Shown in pieces: positions 1-20,897 of a stretch of 64,000 bases of DNA. The DNA is from the human T2T-CHM13v2.0 reference genome, Homo sapiens, in the NCBI RefSeq assembly GCF_009914755.1, contig NC_060944.1, one strand, 5' to 3'. Under the pieces are notes generated by a model, which had not been told where the DNA came from, did not search any database, and worked only from the letters and a program-made list of their open reading frames with translations. A program made the translations under genes and the position numbers. Numbering within the stretch: the stretch's first letter is position 1; each line of letters starts with the position of its first letter.

Positions 1-204
1 CATGTGTTTGGACAGTTAAATTAGTTTTTATTTGTTCTCTCTTTTTTACAATGATCTCTTATACATGACTTTTACAAATATCAGTGCATATATATAGTAT
101 GTGTGATACAAGAGAAAGCAAATGTGTTTTTCACACATGTAAAGTATCAAGATGGCATATGAGTATTCTAATTGGGAGCCAACTTTTTTTCAAATTATTC
201 TAAG

Positions 205-825
205 TTTTGGGGGTTTTATGGTTTTTTGTTTGTTTGTTTTTTATTTTTTGAGACGGAGTCTCACTCTGTCACCCAGGCTGGAGTTGCAGTGGCATGACCT
301 TGGCTCATAGCAACCTCCGTCTCTCGGGTTCAAGCAATTCTCCTGCCTCAGCCTCCCAAGTAGCTGGGATTACAGGCACCCGCCACCATGCCTGGCTAAT
401 TTTTTGTATTTTTAGAGAGACAGGGTTTCACCATGTTGGCCAGGTTGGTCTCGATCTCCTGACCTCAGGTGATCCACCCACCTCGGCCTCCCAAAGTGCT
501 GGGATTATAGTCATGAGCCGCCATGGCCAGTCTTTTTTTTTTTGACAGGATCTCATTCTATCATCCAGGCTGGAGTGCAGTGGCATGATCATGGTTCAAT
601 GTAGCCTCGACCTCCCAGGATCAAGCGATCTTCCCGCGTCAGCCTCCTGACTAACTGGGACCACAGACATGCACCACCATGCCCAGCTAATTTTTTGTAT
701 TTTTAGTAAAGACAGGGTTTCACCATGTTGCCCAGGTTGGTCTCGACCTCCTGGGCTCAAGCGATCCGCCTGCCCCAGCCTTCCAAATTACTGGGATTAC
801 AAGGCGTGAGCCACTGTGCCCAGCC
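205..825 (-). mobile_element. Two tandem Alus (AluS-like 245-530 in the tail of AluJ-like 531-825)
   Basis: Alu consensus; shared TSD TATTCTAAG at 196-204 and 826-834. Confidence 0.9.
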
Positions 826-870
826 TATTCTAAGGTTAAGTAGAGAAAGTTTTCAGTACTTTATTAATCA

Positions 871-978
<108 letters not shown>

Positions 979-1000
979 TCATGGTGTTATTTTAATTTCA

Positions 1001-1246
<246 letters not shown>

Positions 1247-1510
1247 TCAACTTATGTCAATGACATCATTTCTCTCAAGCTTGTCTGGATTACTTAATGG
1301 ATGACTACAACCAAGTATTGGTGAAACTGGCTCGAAAGGTAATTTCAGCATCTGATCTCTGCTGTCACTGTAGCTCATTTTGGTGTTGAGTAAGAAGACA
1401 CTAAGAGCTTGATGCAATAATCCATTCCCAATGTTTTCATTCTCGTGACAATTCTTCTTGGTCTCAGTTCCAATATTATTGTCATTTTCATCAATAAGAA
1501 TACACTTCTC

Positions 1511-1815
1511 TGTGGTGCACAATGGTTCACACCTGTCATCCCAACATTTTGAGAGGCCAAAGTGGGAGGATCGTTTGAGGCCAGGAGTTTGTGACCAGCC
1601 TGGGCAACATAGCGAGATCCTGTCTCTGCAAAAATTTTAAAAATTCATTGAGTGTGGTGGTGCATGCCTGTAATCTCAGCTAATCAGGAAACTGAGGCAG
1701 AAGGATCACTTGAGCCCAGGAGGTCAAGGCTGCAGTGAACCATGATCACACCACTGCACTCTGGCCTGGGTCACAGGGCAAGACCCTGACTCTAAAAAAT
1801 AAATAAATAATGAAT
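1511..1815 (+). mobile_element. AluJ-like element inserted in the IDI1 pseudogene CDS
   Basis: TSD AAGAATACACT at 1496-1506 and 1823-1833. Confidence 0.9.
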
Positions 1816-2379
1816 TTGTAAAAAGAATACACTGGTCTATGAGGAGTTGAACTTGTTGCTCTTGGAGATGTCCAATGCCTGTCTGAGGCATGGTCACAGG
1901 ATGTCTGATCTGCCCTAAAAGACAGGCCTGGCACAAGGGTGGCATCAGTGCTGGGCTCAGGTGTGCCTTGGGAGCTTTATAAATGGCTGCCCCTGGAGTA
2001 TATGGTCAAGACCTAAAGAGTGGCCATTTGTGTTTTCTAATCAAGCTTTACTGAATTTTAGAGGGGAATCATGTATAATGAGATTGGCAAGGGGAATTAT
2101 GTATAATGAGATTTGCAAAAATCCTAGAACGTCCTGCTCTGGAAAGTCCACAGTCTACAGTGATAGGGAAACATCAGAGGTGCAAAAGGAACTTGGGGAT
2201 TTGCTATGGGGACTCAAAGGCAGACACATAGCTGGTCCTAGGACATTAGAAATGAGACTTGGGCAGAGTCCAGGAAAAAGTGAGAGAATGGAGCAGAAAA
2301 AGGTTCCCTGATAAACCTGCACTGGGCTGTGTGGCATGGGCAGAACTTGTTATCTCTTTCTAGCTCTGTAAGCCCAAGG

Positions 2380-3300
<921 letters not shown>

Positions 3301-3396
3301 GAAGATTGTAAATAAACTTGATCAGGTCCAAAGAAAATAGAGTCTTCCTTCATCTTCGCTTATACTTAGATAGCAGGCCGTCTCTATGTGAGTTAC

Positions 3397-3760
3397 TCAT
3401 TGCCTGAGGCTGGATTCACCAAGAACTAGATGCCAAGTCAAGGATTCATGTACAAGTGGTTTATTCGGGAGGTGATCCCTGCAAATGCTGCAAGTGGGGA
3501 ATGGAAAAAGGGAAGGGAAGGTAGCCCAAAAAGGCTGTGTTAGCATGTTTATTGCATGGGCAACCGGAGCTTCACTCTGCTTGGGAGGCCCCTGGATGCC
3601 AGAGTAGAACATATTCCTCAGGGTTATGCTGCCTGCAGGGCGAGGGAGCTGGGGAATTTATACACCAAGATCTGTCCATCATTGGTTAAGGACAGCTCCC
3701 AAAGGCTATACTTCCCTAATAGTTCCAACCTGCTGAGTGTATAGGCTGAGTGGGCTTCCG
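3397..3760 (-). mobile_element. LTR16-family (ERVL) fragment
   Basis: caaggattcatgtacaagtggtttattcgggaggtgatccc resembles the reverse LTR16 3' end. Confidence 0.6.
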
Positions 3761-4709
3761 AGCATGCTGGTCCCATCTCCTAATGATGAGAGGTGGAGGC
3801 ACAGGAGAAGGTAAACAAATGGCAAAGACACTTAAATACATGAGAAAATGAGTCCAACCTGAACTTTGACTTTTCTGGGTGGCCCACTCATCCCACTAAC
3901 TACCATATCTTCATTTCGTCTGCTTTTTGCAAAGAACAGACAATTCCAAACAGCCAAGCCTAACAAGTAGTTCATCTTAGCTTGTGGATTCAGAGCACTG
4001 GTGGCCTCTCCAACTCCAATTGACACCAGAAAACATATAAATACCTCTAAACATGCTTTGGGTATTTGTTTTTCTAATTGCAAATATTATACCATAACTT
4101 AGTTTGAAGGCTTTGTAAAGAATATGCCAGAAACATCTAATATAGCCCTAAAAACTAGGGCAATCTTTTTTTTAACAGAAGAGTGTTCATATAAACATCA
4201 AAAGATGTGATGAGAGTAGTTTCAACTTCTAATCATAGAAATTATAGGGCTATTTCATGAAAGAGGTGCTTTATCAGCTCATCTTGAGTGAATGTTAAAG
4301 ATGAAGATATGGCTAGTATCTCCAGAGTCTACTGTCTCAGAGATGTAGCCCAAAGTTGTAAGACTGAGTGCCTTGAGGTAGGGAACAGGAAGCAACAGGG
4401 TCTCCAGGTTCACTGAGGAGTACTGACCTGCAATGCGATTCCTACATCAGCAAAGGTCTTCCTTCCATCGTTAGAGGACTCCTGGATTTGCTATGCCTAT
4501 CCTGATGGCTTCCTACATGAGACCATCCATTCACACTTGGCCCTTACCCAGGCCTGAAATTCTCCCCAGTTGCACTCCACCCACTTATGTCTATCACCTA
4601 GCTCAAAGCCAGTAAAGCTCATCTCTGAACTAGCAAAGATTCCCTTTATCCCATCAAAATGTCCTTAACATCTATCTTGAGGTCATGCAGCATGATCTTA
4701 CTTTGCTGA

Positions 4710-5158
<449 letters not shown>

Positions 5159-6188
5159 TGACTGAATAAATGAATACATGCTATCTTGCTTGTAGAAGCC
5201 CAGATTCCTCCTTCTTACGACTCCCATACCCACTTAGGAGATTCTATTATGTCTTAAAAGAAGTTACATCTCCATTAGTGTCAAAGCAACATTATATAAG
5301 TGGCTCAACGTGATCAGGCATGAATTTCTTTGTTTTCCCACTCACCTGAAAGCCCAAAAACAATCCAGGTGGTGGTAAACACTTCTGATTCTTCAAAGAA
5401 AACGGAAGAAAGCGATCCCTACCGTCTATTTTGAATCTACCGTTTTTTGTTTTTGAGTGTCTTTTAAATCTATTCAAAATCCTTTAAGGGCATTTCACCA
5501 TGCATGGGAGAAGGTCATGGATCCTCAACAAATTGCAAGAGGCCTTTTACAGGCTAGACTCTGCCTTGTTCTCCAAGCTCACCTTCCATAATCCTGATGT
5601 GCTCCATATTGCCAGACTCTTTCAAGTCCTTCCCCGCCCTGCGGAGAATCCCTACTCACACCTCAGGACCAGCTCAGACATGGTCTCCAGGAGACCTTTT
5701 CTAAGATTCTATGTGAGGTAACTAGCCCCCTTGGCACCTTGTGACATAATTATTCACTTCCATGTACATGTCCCGTAGTGAACTATGAGCACCTCCAGAC
5801 CTTACCCTGCGTTTGGTCGCCTTGCTCTCCTCTCTGCAGCTGGCACCCAATCTTTCCAGGCTGTCTCTAGGGACTCGAGCCCTTGGGATGGGGTCCTCAA
5901 TGCTTTTCCACCTGCCTGGCTTCTAAATTCCACTAAGATCCTGTCCCATTCTCTTGGAAACACTAGAACTTACTCTGACATGCCCTATGGAAGTTATTTC
6001 TCCACTGCTGTTCAAACCCACTCCCAGACCTGGCCTTCCCTGAGGAGAGCGTCTCAGCCAAATCCAACTGCCTCTAGCTCAAGTTTCCTTGCGGGGGGCC
6101 CGCTGGCCTCATCCTGTTAGGTCGTCTTAGAGCCACAGGAGAATCAATGTTCCAGTGTCAGCAGGAAGAATCAATGTTCCAGTGTCAG

Positions 6189-6202
6189 CCAGCAGGGGGC
6201 AG
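6189..6202 (+). promoter_or_regulatory. CTCF motif
   Basis: CCAGCAGGGGGCAG, an exact match to CCASYAGRKGGCRS. Confidence 0.6.
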
Positions 6203-6616
6203 TGTGAAAATACACACACCAGGCCCTTTTTTCAAAGGGTCTCGGCTTCCCTGAGGGTGTCTATCTGTGCCTCTATGAAGCATGGCTTGGGTCATTCCTC
6301 CAGTCCCATGGCCAGGTGGATCCTTCGTTTACCTTTCATTTCTATTAAATGAGAACATTCTCAATTCACTAACTGGATTGTTGGAAAGGCAGCAAGCTCT
6401 GCTAGATAGTTCTAAATATTTGCATCAAATGTGGACCAGAAATTGTGAATCTGTCTTTCAACGCCCTCGAATCTGAGTCAGCAAGCCTGCCACGTGCAAA
6501 AGTAGGAACGTTAAATACTTGAAGCTGGGAGAGAATAAGTGGGTTTCTAATCCTCTCTGGTGCATTCAGTTCTAGAAAGTGGTTCTTTGTATTCTACTGG
6601 AACATTTCTATGTATG

Positions 6617-7046
<430 letters not shown>

Positions 7047-7682
7047 TTAAACATGCTTTTAAATGTGTCATAAATCACATTTCTCTGATGAATAAAAAGA
7101 ATTATCTAATGTTGAGAAAGAGTCAGTGTTTAATCATTTACCTCACAGTGCAGATTTCTTAATAAATTCTGTTATTGAATCTACAGAATTTAACATTATG
7201 CTATTGTTGGCCCTGAAGGCATAACTTCAAGCCATTCTGGATACTGAATGTGTTGCTGACATACACATTAGCAAATCACTCAGAAGCATATACACTTTAT
7301 GGCATTATCAGTAACATGAATAAATATTTGTATATCATGAGAAAGAGCACTTTCTTCTTGATATGTGTGTAATCCCTTGGTCTTGGGAAGCTAAGGCACA
7401 GCTTACAGAGGGATTTTGTATACCCCACTCATTACGTAGCTTAAATCAGGCTGGGTAAACATGTAAACCAAATGCAAATCATCAATCTACATATGTTTAA
7501 GAAATAATATAGACATACTGCTGCAGCATGCCTCCCAGGGAGTTCTGGACTTTAAACAGCATCTTATAAATCACCAGCAAGAACAATCAATTAATATTTT
7601 GGCTGAGGGTCTTTACCAGACTCCCAAATACCACTGGAGTTAAGCACTGAACCAACACAGGCCAGCTGCAAATAAGATTCAT

Positions 7683-8104
7683 TGCTATGGTTTGGATATT
7701 TGGCCTCCCCTCCAAAAACAATATCATGTTGAAATTTCATCCCCAATGTCAGAGGTAGGGCCCACTGGGAGGTTTGGGTCATGGGAGTATATCTCTCATG
7801 AATGGCTTGCTGCCATCCTCACGGGAGTGAGTTCTCACTCTTAGTTCCCTCAAGAGCTAGTTGTTGAAGAGTGTAGAACCTCCTCCTCCCTCCTCTTGCC
7901 TCCTCTCTCCCCATGTGATCTGCCCACAGTGGTTCACCTTTCCCTTCCACCATGAGTAGAAGCAGCCGGAGGCCCTCATCAGAAGCAGGTATTGGTCCTA
8001 TGCTTTTTGTACAGTCTGCAGAACCATGAACCAAGTAAACCTATTTTCTTTATACATTACCAAGCCTTAAGTATTCTTTTATAACAACACAAGCAGGCTA
8101 AGAT
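7683..8104 (+). mobile_element. MST-family MaLR solo LTR (MSTB-like)
   Basis: Starts TGCTATGGTTTGGATAT and ends GGCTAAGATA. Confidence 0.8.
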
Positions 8105-8189
8105 AACCCCATCTATGGTCAGTCACCAAGGCCTCTTCTCTCATATGAGTTTTGTACCTTACTCTATTTAATAAAGTTTGTTCTCATGG

Positions 8190-11710
<3,521 letters not shown>

Positions 11711-11719
11711 AGCATTTGC

Positions 11720-11845
11720 ATTTTATTTTATTTTATTTTATTTTATTTTATTTTATTTTATTTTATTTTATTTTATTTTATTTTATTTTATTTTATTTTA
11801 TTTTATTGAGAGAAGGCCCCACTCTGTCACCCAGACTGGAGTCTG
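11720..11845 (-). repeat. (ATTTT)n microsatellite, the tail of a short Alu fragment
   Basis: About 17 perfect ATTTT units followed by an Alu 3' end. Confidence 0.9.
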
Positions 11846-12559
11846 CAATCATGTTTTCTACTTATTGGTCAAGACGCCAGTCCCGCTGACTGCTCAGTCC
11901 CCAAGTTGTTCTATTTACCACATCCTTTTAGGAAGAGAACATCTAGGGCACCTTCTCCTCTCAGTGAGGCACTGCAGGTTCCCATAAGACCTCAGCCACG
12001 CCTGGCTAAGGAGAGGACCCAGTTGCCCCTGCTGAAAAGGGCTCACTGCAGCTCTGGGAGAGGCTCCTTCTCTGGGCGTCTTCCTCAGACGCTGAACGAT
12101 CAAGTGGGATCTGGAGCTGCCCGGAGTCCCCTCCCCTGACCTTCACCAGTCAGGAGTCTGGGAGGAACAGCTCATTCAAATATGCACCCAACGTGGATTC
12201 TCCCTCCACCCACTGACAGAAATGGCTAATGGAGCCCCAAAATCCTGCAGAGTTTAATTACCAACCTGCAAAGACAGGCTGTCAGCTCCAGTCCTAGGTA
12301 AAGACCTATGGGAAAGGGTGTTAGGTCAACCCAAAGACAGACAACAATGTCCACAGCAGGTCTGTCATCATAGCCGCGTATTGGAAACAAGGTGAAGTCC
12401 ATCAACAGCAGGCTAAATGCATAATTTGTGGCATAGACACTCAATGGAACACTCCACAGGAAGAAAAGGAGTGGACAGCTGCCCCGTGCAATAGCATGGA
12501 TGAGCCCACACATGATGCCAAAGAAGCCAGACACAAGGGCATGCGCTGTATGATTTCCA

Positions 12560-12995
12560 TAGGGTGTTGAATAGCATCTCCCCAAAACTCACATCCACCT
12601 AGAATCTCAGATTGGGACTGTACTTGGAAGTGGGGTCTTTGCAGATGTAACTAAATTAAGATGAGGCCACCCTGAATTAGGATGTGTCCTGAATCTAATG
12701 AATGGGGTTCTTATAACAAGAGGAGAGGACACAGAGAATGAGGCCATGTGATAATGGAGACAGATATTGGAGAATGATTTCACTACAAGTCAAGGTACAC
12801 CCAGGACTGCCAGGAGCCACCAGGAGCTAGGAAGAGGCAGGAAAGGATCCTCCCCTAGACCCTTCAGGGGAGGCACAGCCTTGCTGACCCCTTGATTTCA
12901 GACTTCCAAACTCCAGAATTCTGAAAGCATCAGTTTCGGTTGTTTTAAGCCACATGCTTTGTGGTTATGTGTTACAGTGGCCCCAGAAAACCAAA
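12560..12995 (+). mobile_element. MLT1 (MLT1B/C-like) MaLR LTR within an L1ME fragment
   Basis: gggtctttgcagatgtaactaaattaagatgagg ... ttgttttaagccac. Confidence 0.75.
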
Positions 12996-13282
12996 ATTTC
13001 ATTGAATGAAATTCAAGAGAAGGCAAAGCTAATCCATAGAGATGGAAGCTCAAATACTGGTAGAGGATGGTCCTCATCTCGGAAGAGAAACAAGGAAGAC
13101 TTCAAGGGTGTTCAAAATGCATCCTGTTCCAGGTGGTAGCTACCTAGTCATAGACACATGGAAAATTTCACTGAATTATACAGTTAAAATGTGTGCGCTT
13201 CCTTGCATGGAAGTGATACTTCAATAAAAATTTAAAAAGCAAGAAGCAGGCTGTTCCACTGGAGCTACAAACTACTTTGCTC

Positions 13283-13830
13283 TTTTTTCTTTCTTTCCTT
13301 GTCTTTTGTAGAAATGGGGTCTCACTATGTTGCCCAGGGTGGTCTCAAACTCCTGGGTTCAAGGGACTCGCCCGCCTCAGCCTCCCAGTCAGTGCTGGGA
13401 TTATAGGCATGAGCCACTGTCCCCAGCCACGCTTTGTTCATTCTTGAAGGAAATCTCTATGATGTTCAACTTGTTCTTGTCACTCAAAATGACCATCCCC
13501 TGCCCTCTATAACTACCAGTAGAAACAAGATCTCTAGCAGCACTTTTCCAAGATTGGGTTTTCCCCAGAAGCACAGCCTGAGACAAGGATTTGAATGCAA
13601 GTGCTTTGCATGGGAGCACATGGGGAAGGGAGAAGGGAGATGGGAAGTGTGGGGAGGAGCACTGTGCCACCCACCCTGGGGACCCACTGAGACACCACAG
13701 GACACACCTCAGAATCTGCCCACCAAGTAGCAAGGGAGCTGGAGCCTTTATTGACCAACAGCCCTGCCTCACAGGGTAAGGGTGGCTCCAAGCACACCAG
13801 AGAAAGAACTCAGGCAGAGAGAGGCAGGAG
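13283..13830 (-). mobile_element. FLAM (13283-13427) and LTR16-like fragment (13550-13830)
   Basis: Alu monomer; gcctgagacaaggatttgaatgcaagtg. Confidence 0.65.
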
Positions 13831-14879
13831 CCTCTGCACTGGCCTCCAGCCTGGGCTGAGGCCATATGGGCCGGGACCTTCGTCTCTAGGTACAGGCCAG
13901 GGAAAGGCAAGACCTGGCTGGCCTTGAGCTCTGCCCTCTTGTTTGGGGGATCGAAGAACCAGGGATGCAGTATACTGAGAATTTCAAGTTCACGAACTTT
14001 CCTCCCCTTTCTTAGCACACAAGGTCCCTCTCCATATGGACACAGGGAAACCTCACCCCCCAAGGCACAACTGCCAACACCTTTCCATGAGAGCAAAGTG
14101 ACTTCAGCAAAAACATCAGGTGAGGATGAAGATTGTCCAGAGGAAGCTGGCCCCAGGCTCTCCAGGACTCCATTGTTCTCTGCATGTCTCAGAGCTGTCC
14201 AGGGCATGGTGTGGGCCAGCTGAAGGAAGCTTTGGCTCCGGGTTTTGTCCTCTCTTCCTGCTGGTGGGAAGAATGGGAGCTAGCAGGAAAGGAAACTGAC
14301 TGAACAAAGAGAAGGAGGAAAATCAGAGGACCCCTAGAGAGATGTTACAGCTGGCCTGAGAGCTCATTGTGTTGGAGTCGGGGAAGAAAGCCATTCCCGG
14401 GAATATGCCTAAAAAATGCAAGAGACTCCCATGCCCGTCACCATCAAACCAGGCACTAGCCCGAGAATTTGACTTCCCAGATCTCAAAGGGGACTTAAAA
14501 CTTTGGGTCCAAAAGACAAGATTTTTTTTCCATTTGCTTTAAAACTCTTGTTGAAAAGCAGATGTTAAGTCTGGGGAATCATGTGTTAACCAAGAAAGAG
14601 GTTTCTTAAGTGCATCAGCCACCATCCATAGCTGGGAGCAAAGCTAAGCTTGCAAGTTGGGGCCAGGAATATGTAGACAAGGACTCCGAAAGGTTTATGC
14701 CATGAGCCTACACACGAGAGGGACTCAGGGGCCTTGAGCATCCAGGTATCCAAGCTCTGGTGCCACAGTACTGGGGGCCATTGCTCAGAACTGAAAGCCT
14801 TGCAACGGCAAACTGCAACACCATTCAGATACCTGAGGCACTCCTCTGGGGCATGGCCATGACAGAGACTGTGCCAGGC

Positions 14880-16330
14880 CCCAGAACACTTTGCTTCTCT
14901 TACCAGCTGTGTGTGACTTTGAGAAAGTCACTTATCCTCGTGGTCTCTCTGTTTCCTGATCTGTAAGGTAGAGATCTTGACCTGCTTCATGGAGTTGGTG
15001 TGAGAATGCCAAGTGTTTAATGCAGTGCTTAGAACATAGTAAGTGCTCCACAATATGAGTTACTGCACTGATGCAGTATGTGTGCTCACAGTCAAATGCC
15101 ACATGCCCAACCCACCATCTACCTTCCTTTCTCTCCATTAGATTTCCACGGATGGCTTTTTGGGGGAAAGGAATTGGTAACTGACAGTAGTTTTCCATCA
15201 CGCTCCAAGCCAGAAATCTTGAGATCCTATGATACCCACTCAAAAATGCATTATTAATCCAGTTCTCAGCAACTTCTACTCACTACCATCATCTTTCATC
15301 TGGATATCTACGACAGCCTCCTAACTGATGTTCCTGCTTCCATTCACAGGAACAGAAATAATCTATTAAAAGTCTAAAATCTGACTCACCCTCTCTCCTT
15401 AAAACTTTTCAAAAACTTCCCATTGTACCTAAATAGAATCCAAACTCTTGCACTGGCTTCAAAAGCCCTGTGCCTTTCTACAAGGTCACTAGACCCCTAT
15501 TTCCCTGACAAACTCTGTTTCAGCCATGCAGTTTCTCTGTCAGTTCCTGAAACACAACAAGTTCCTTCTAGCCTCAGGACCTTTGTCTGTTTCCACTCCC
15601 TTCCCTGCATTATGTGACAAGCTCCTTCTCAAACTTCAGATCTCAGCCTAAATGTCAGCTCCTCACCAGGCTTCTCCAGGCCATTCTCTCTAAAGTAGGT
15701 TCCTTCTGCTACTGCATCATTATCTGTTTCCACTTCGCCATTCTCTTCTTGTATCAGTCAGCTATCGCTGTGTAACAAGCCACCTCAAAACTCCATGGTT
15801 AAAAACAACAGGCATTCATTATCACTCACAACTGCAGGCTGGCTGGGGTTCAGCTGGGCACCTGTGCTCCTCATGGAAGGGCTGTGGGTCAGGGGAGGCA
15901 GTTCTGTTCCACATGTCTCTCAACCTCCTGCTGGGATGAGACTGGGCCCGTTTTTCTCATGGTAATAGCAGAGGAACAACAGAGCAAGCAGAAAGATGTG
16001 AACTCTCTCAAGGCCTAGGCTCTCTCAAGGCCTAGGCTCAAAACAGACACAACATCCTTTCTACCACATTTTATGGGCCAAAGCATATCCTTGTGATCAA
16101 GCCCAAACTCAAAGAGTGGGGAAATGCCCTCCATCCATAGTGAGGCCAGGCAGGCCTGTGTCCACAGGGAGGATGGATAAAGAAATGTGGGCAGTCATTC
16201 AACTGCCACGATTTGTGATTCATGATGAATATTTTTGTTTCTCCACTCTCCACTAGAATGAGCAAGCAGGAACCTGGTATCCACAGCACCTAGAACAGTA
16301 CCTGACATGTGACAGATGCTCAACAAGTCC
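14880..16330. mobile_element. MIR (14880-15070) and L2 (15110-16330) interrupted by an MLT1 LTR (15750-16210)
   Basis: MIR core tgtgactttgagaaagtcactt; L2 end acagcacctagaacagtacctgac; MLT1 terminus tgtatcagtcagctat. Confidence 0.65.
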
Positions 16331-16339
16331 CTTATTATA

Positions 16340-16991
<652 letters not shown>

Positions 16992-17834
16992 TAATCAATG
17001 GGCAACTTCACACCTACTTGTTAGCAATTGTTTGGACATGGTCCTAAGGACTACAACAGCCACTTCCCGATCCAGGGCAGAAGAAAAAGCCCATGAACAT
17101 GGCCCTGACTGGGACAAGGACCATGTGAGGCATTCTCTACTATGGACACAACAGAACTGATGAAATTCAGAGCAGGACCCAGCTCCAAATTCCCCTTGTC
17201 CAAAACCTGCTTATTCTTTAAGGGGGTGGGGGCTGCAGAAGGTAACCAGTGGACAAGGTGCAAAGGTTGTTGGGGTCCCTCTTCATACCTCCAAGAAGAA
17301 TGGGGCAGACAGGAAAGCAGCTGGGAGCTGCCTTTGGAGTGAAGAGTCCTGGCTTGGCCAATGAGCACCAGTGTAACTTTGGACAAGGCTGTTGACCTCT
17401 GAGGTCCTTACCAACCCAAAGGGCAGTAGAGTAAATCAAAGGAGAGGAGCAAAAGGAAGCCCACACCTGTGCTGAGGCTCGCTGGTCCTCATCCAGGTTC
17501 AGAAGCAGTGTTCTCCAAACTTTTCAGGTTGGACACCCACTCAGTGAGTATTCTCAATATGTGCTGATGCTTATGTATAACATTACATACATGTACTTTT
17601 AAATATCATTCATTTTAATGGTTCATCTTCTCACCCTCTTGCACTTGTGTAACAGGACTATCTTCATCTTTTTTTTTTTTTTTTTTTTGCACTCACGCTT
17701 AAGCCTCTTAGGATTTTTGTGACAGTTTTAGTCTAAGTAAAACTGAAAAAAATACTGAAAAAAATAATCATTTCTGCCACTTGCATGGTCCCCACCAAGG
17801 CACTTCTCTAAATTATTTTAGATGCATTTAGATC

Positions 17835-18446
<612 letters not shown>

Positions 18447-20309
18447 ATTACATGATTAAGTTTTTTAGTGGTGATTTGTGAGTGGTGCAACCATCACGTG
18501 AGCAGTATACACTGCACCATATTTGTAGCCTTTTATCCCTCACCCACCTCCCACTCTTCCACCCAAGTCCTCAAAGTCCATTATATTATTCTTTTGCCTT
18601 TTCGTCCTCACAGCTTAGCTCCCACATATCAATGAGAACATACGATGTTTGATTTTCCATTCCTGAGTTACATCACTTAGAATAATAGTCTCCAATCTCA
18701 TCCAGGTCACTGCAAATGCTGTTAATTCATTCCTTCTTATGGCTGTGTAGTATTCCATCATATATATGTACTACGGTTTCTTTATCCACTCATTGATTAA
18801 TAGGCATTTGGGTTGGTTCCACGATTTTGCAATTGTGAATTGTGCTGCTTTAAAAATACGTGTACAAGTATCTGTTTCGAAGAATGACTTCTTTTCCTCT
18901 GGGTAGATACCCAGTAGTGGGATTGCTGGATCAAATGGTAGTTCTACTTTTAGCTCTTTAAGGAATCTCCACACTGTTTTCCATAGTGGCTGTACTAGTT
19001 TACATTCCCACCAGCAGTGTAGAAGTGTTTCCTGATCGCTGCATTCACACCAACACTACTGTTTTTTTGATTTTTTTATTATGGCCATTCTTGCAGGAGT
19101 AAGGTGGTATTGCTCTGTGGTTTTTATTTGCATTTCCCTGATCATTAGTGATATTGAGCATTTTTTTACATGTTTGCTGGCCAGTTGTATATCTTCTTTT
19201 GAGAATTGTCTATTCATGTCCTTGGCCATGTTTTTTTCTTACTGATTTGTTTGAGTTCATTGTAGATTCTGGATATTAGTCCTTTGTCAGATGTATAGAT
19301 TGTTTTTTCCCACTCTGTGGGTTGTCTGTTTACTCTGCTGACTGTTCCTTTTGCTGTGCAAACGCTCTTTAGTTTAGTTAGGTCCCAGCTATTTATCTCT
19401 GTTTTTATTGCATTTGCTTTTGGGTTCTTGGTCATGAAATACTTGCCTAAGCCAGTGTCTAGAAGGGTTTTTCCAATGTTATCTTCTAGAATTTTTATAG
19501 TTTCAGATCTTAGGTTTAAGTCCTTAATCCATCTTGAGTTGATTTTTGTATAAAGTGAGAGATAGGGATCCAGTTTCATTCTCCTACAAATGGCTTGCCA
19601 ATTATCCCAACACCATTTGTTGAAAAGGGTGTCCTTTCCCCACTGCATGTTTTTGTTTGCTTTGTCGACAACCAGTTGGTGTAAGTATTTGGGTTTATTT
19701 CTGGGTTCTTTATTCTATTCTATTGGTCTATGTGCCTATTTTTATACCAGTACCACGCTGTTTTGGTGACTATGGCCTTAGAGTATAGTTTGAAATCAGG
19801 TAGTGTGATGCCTCCAGATTTGTTCTTTTTGCTTAGTCTTACTTTGGCTATGTGTGCTCTTTTTTGGTTCCATATGAATTTTAGAATTGTTTTTTCTAAT
19901 TCTGTGAAGAATGATGGTGCTATTTGATGCGGATTGAGTTGAATTTGTAGATTACTTCTGGTAGTATGGTCATTTTCACAATATTGATTCTACCCATCTA
20001 TGAGCATGGAATGTGTTTCCATTTGTTTGTGTCATCTATGATTTCTCTCAGCAGTGTTTTGTAGTTTTCCTTGCAGAGGTCTTTTGAGTCCTATGTTAGG
20101 TATATTCCTAAGTATTTTTTTTTTTTGCAGCTATTGTAAAAGGGGTCAAGTTCTTGATTTGATTATCTGCTTGGTCCCTGTTGATGTATAGAAGGGCTAC
20201 TGATTTGTATACATTAATCTTGTATCTGGAAACGTTGCTAAATTATTTTATCAGTTCTAAGAGCTTTCTAGAGGAGTCCTTAGGGTTTTCAAGATAAACA
20301 ATCATATAA

Positions 20310-20897
<588 letters not shown>

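Noticed and set aside
13401-14207. 268-aa minus-strand ORF, the longest in the window
   Set aside because: No recognisable domain; runs through an LTR16-like fragment into a FLAM; likely a chance ORF in GC-rich DNA.
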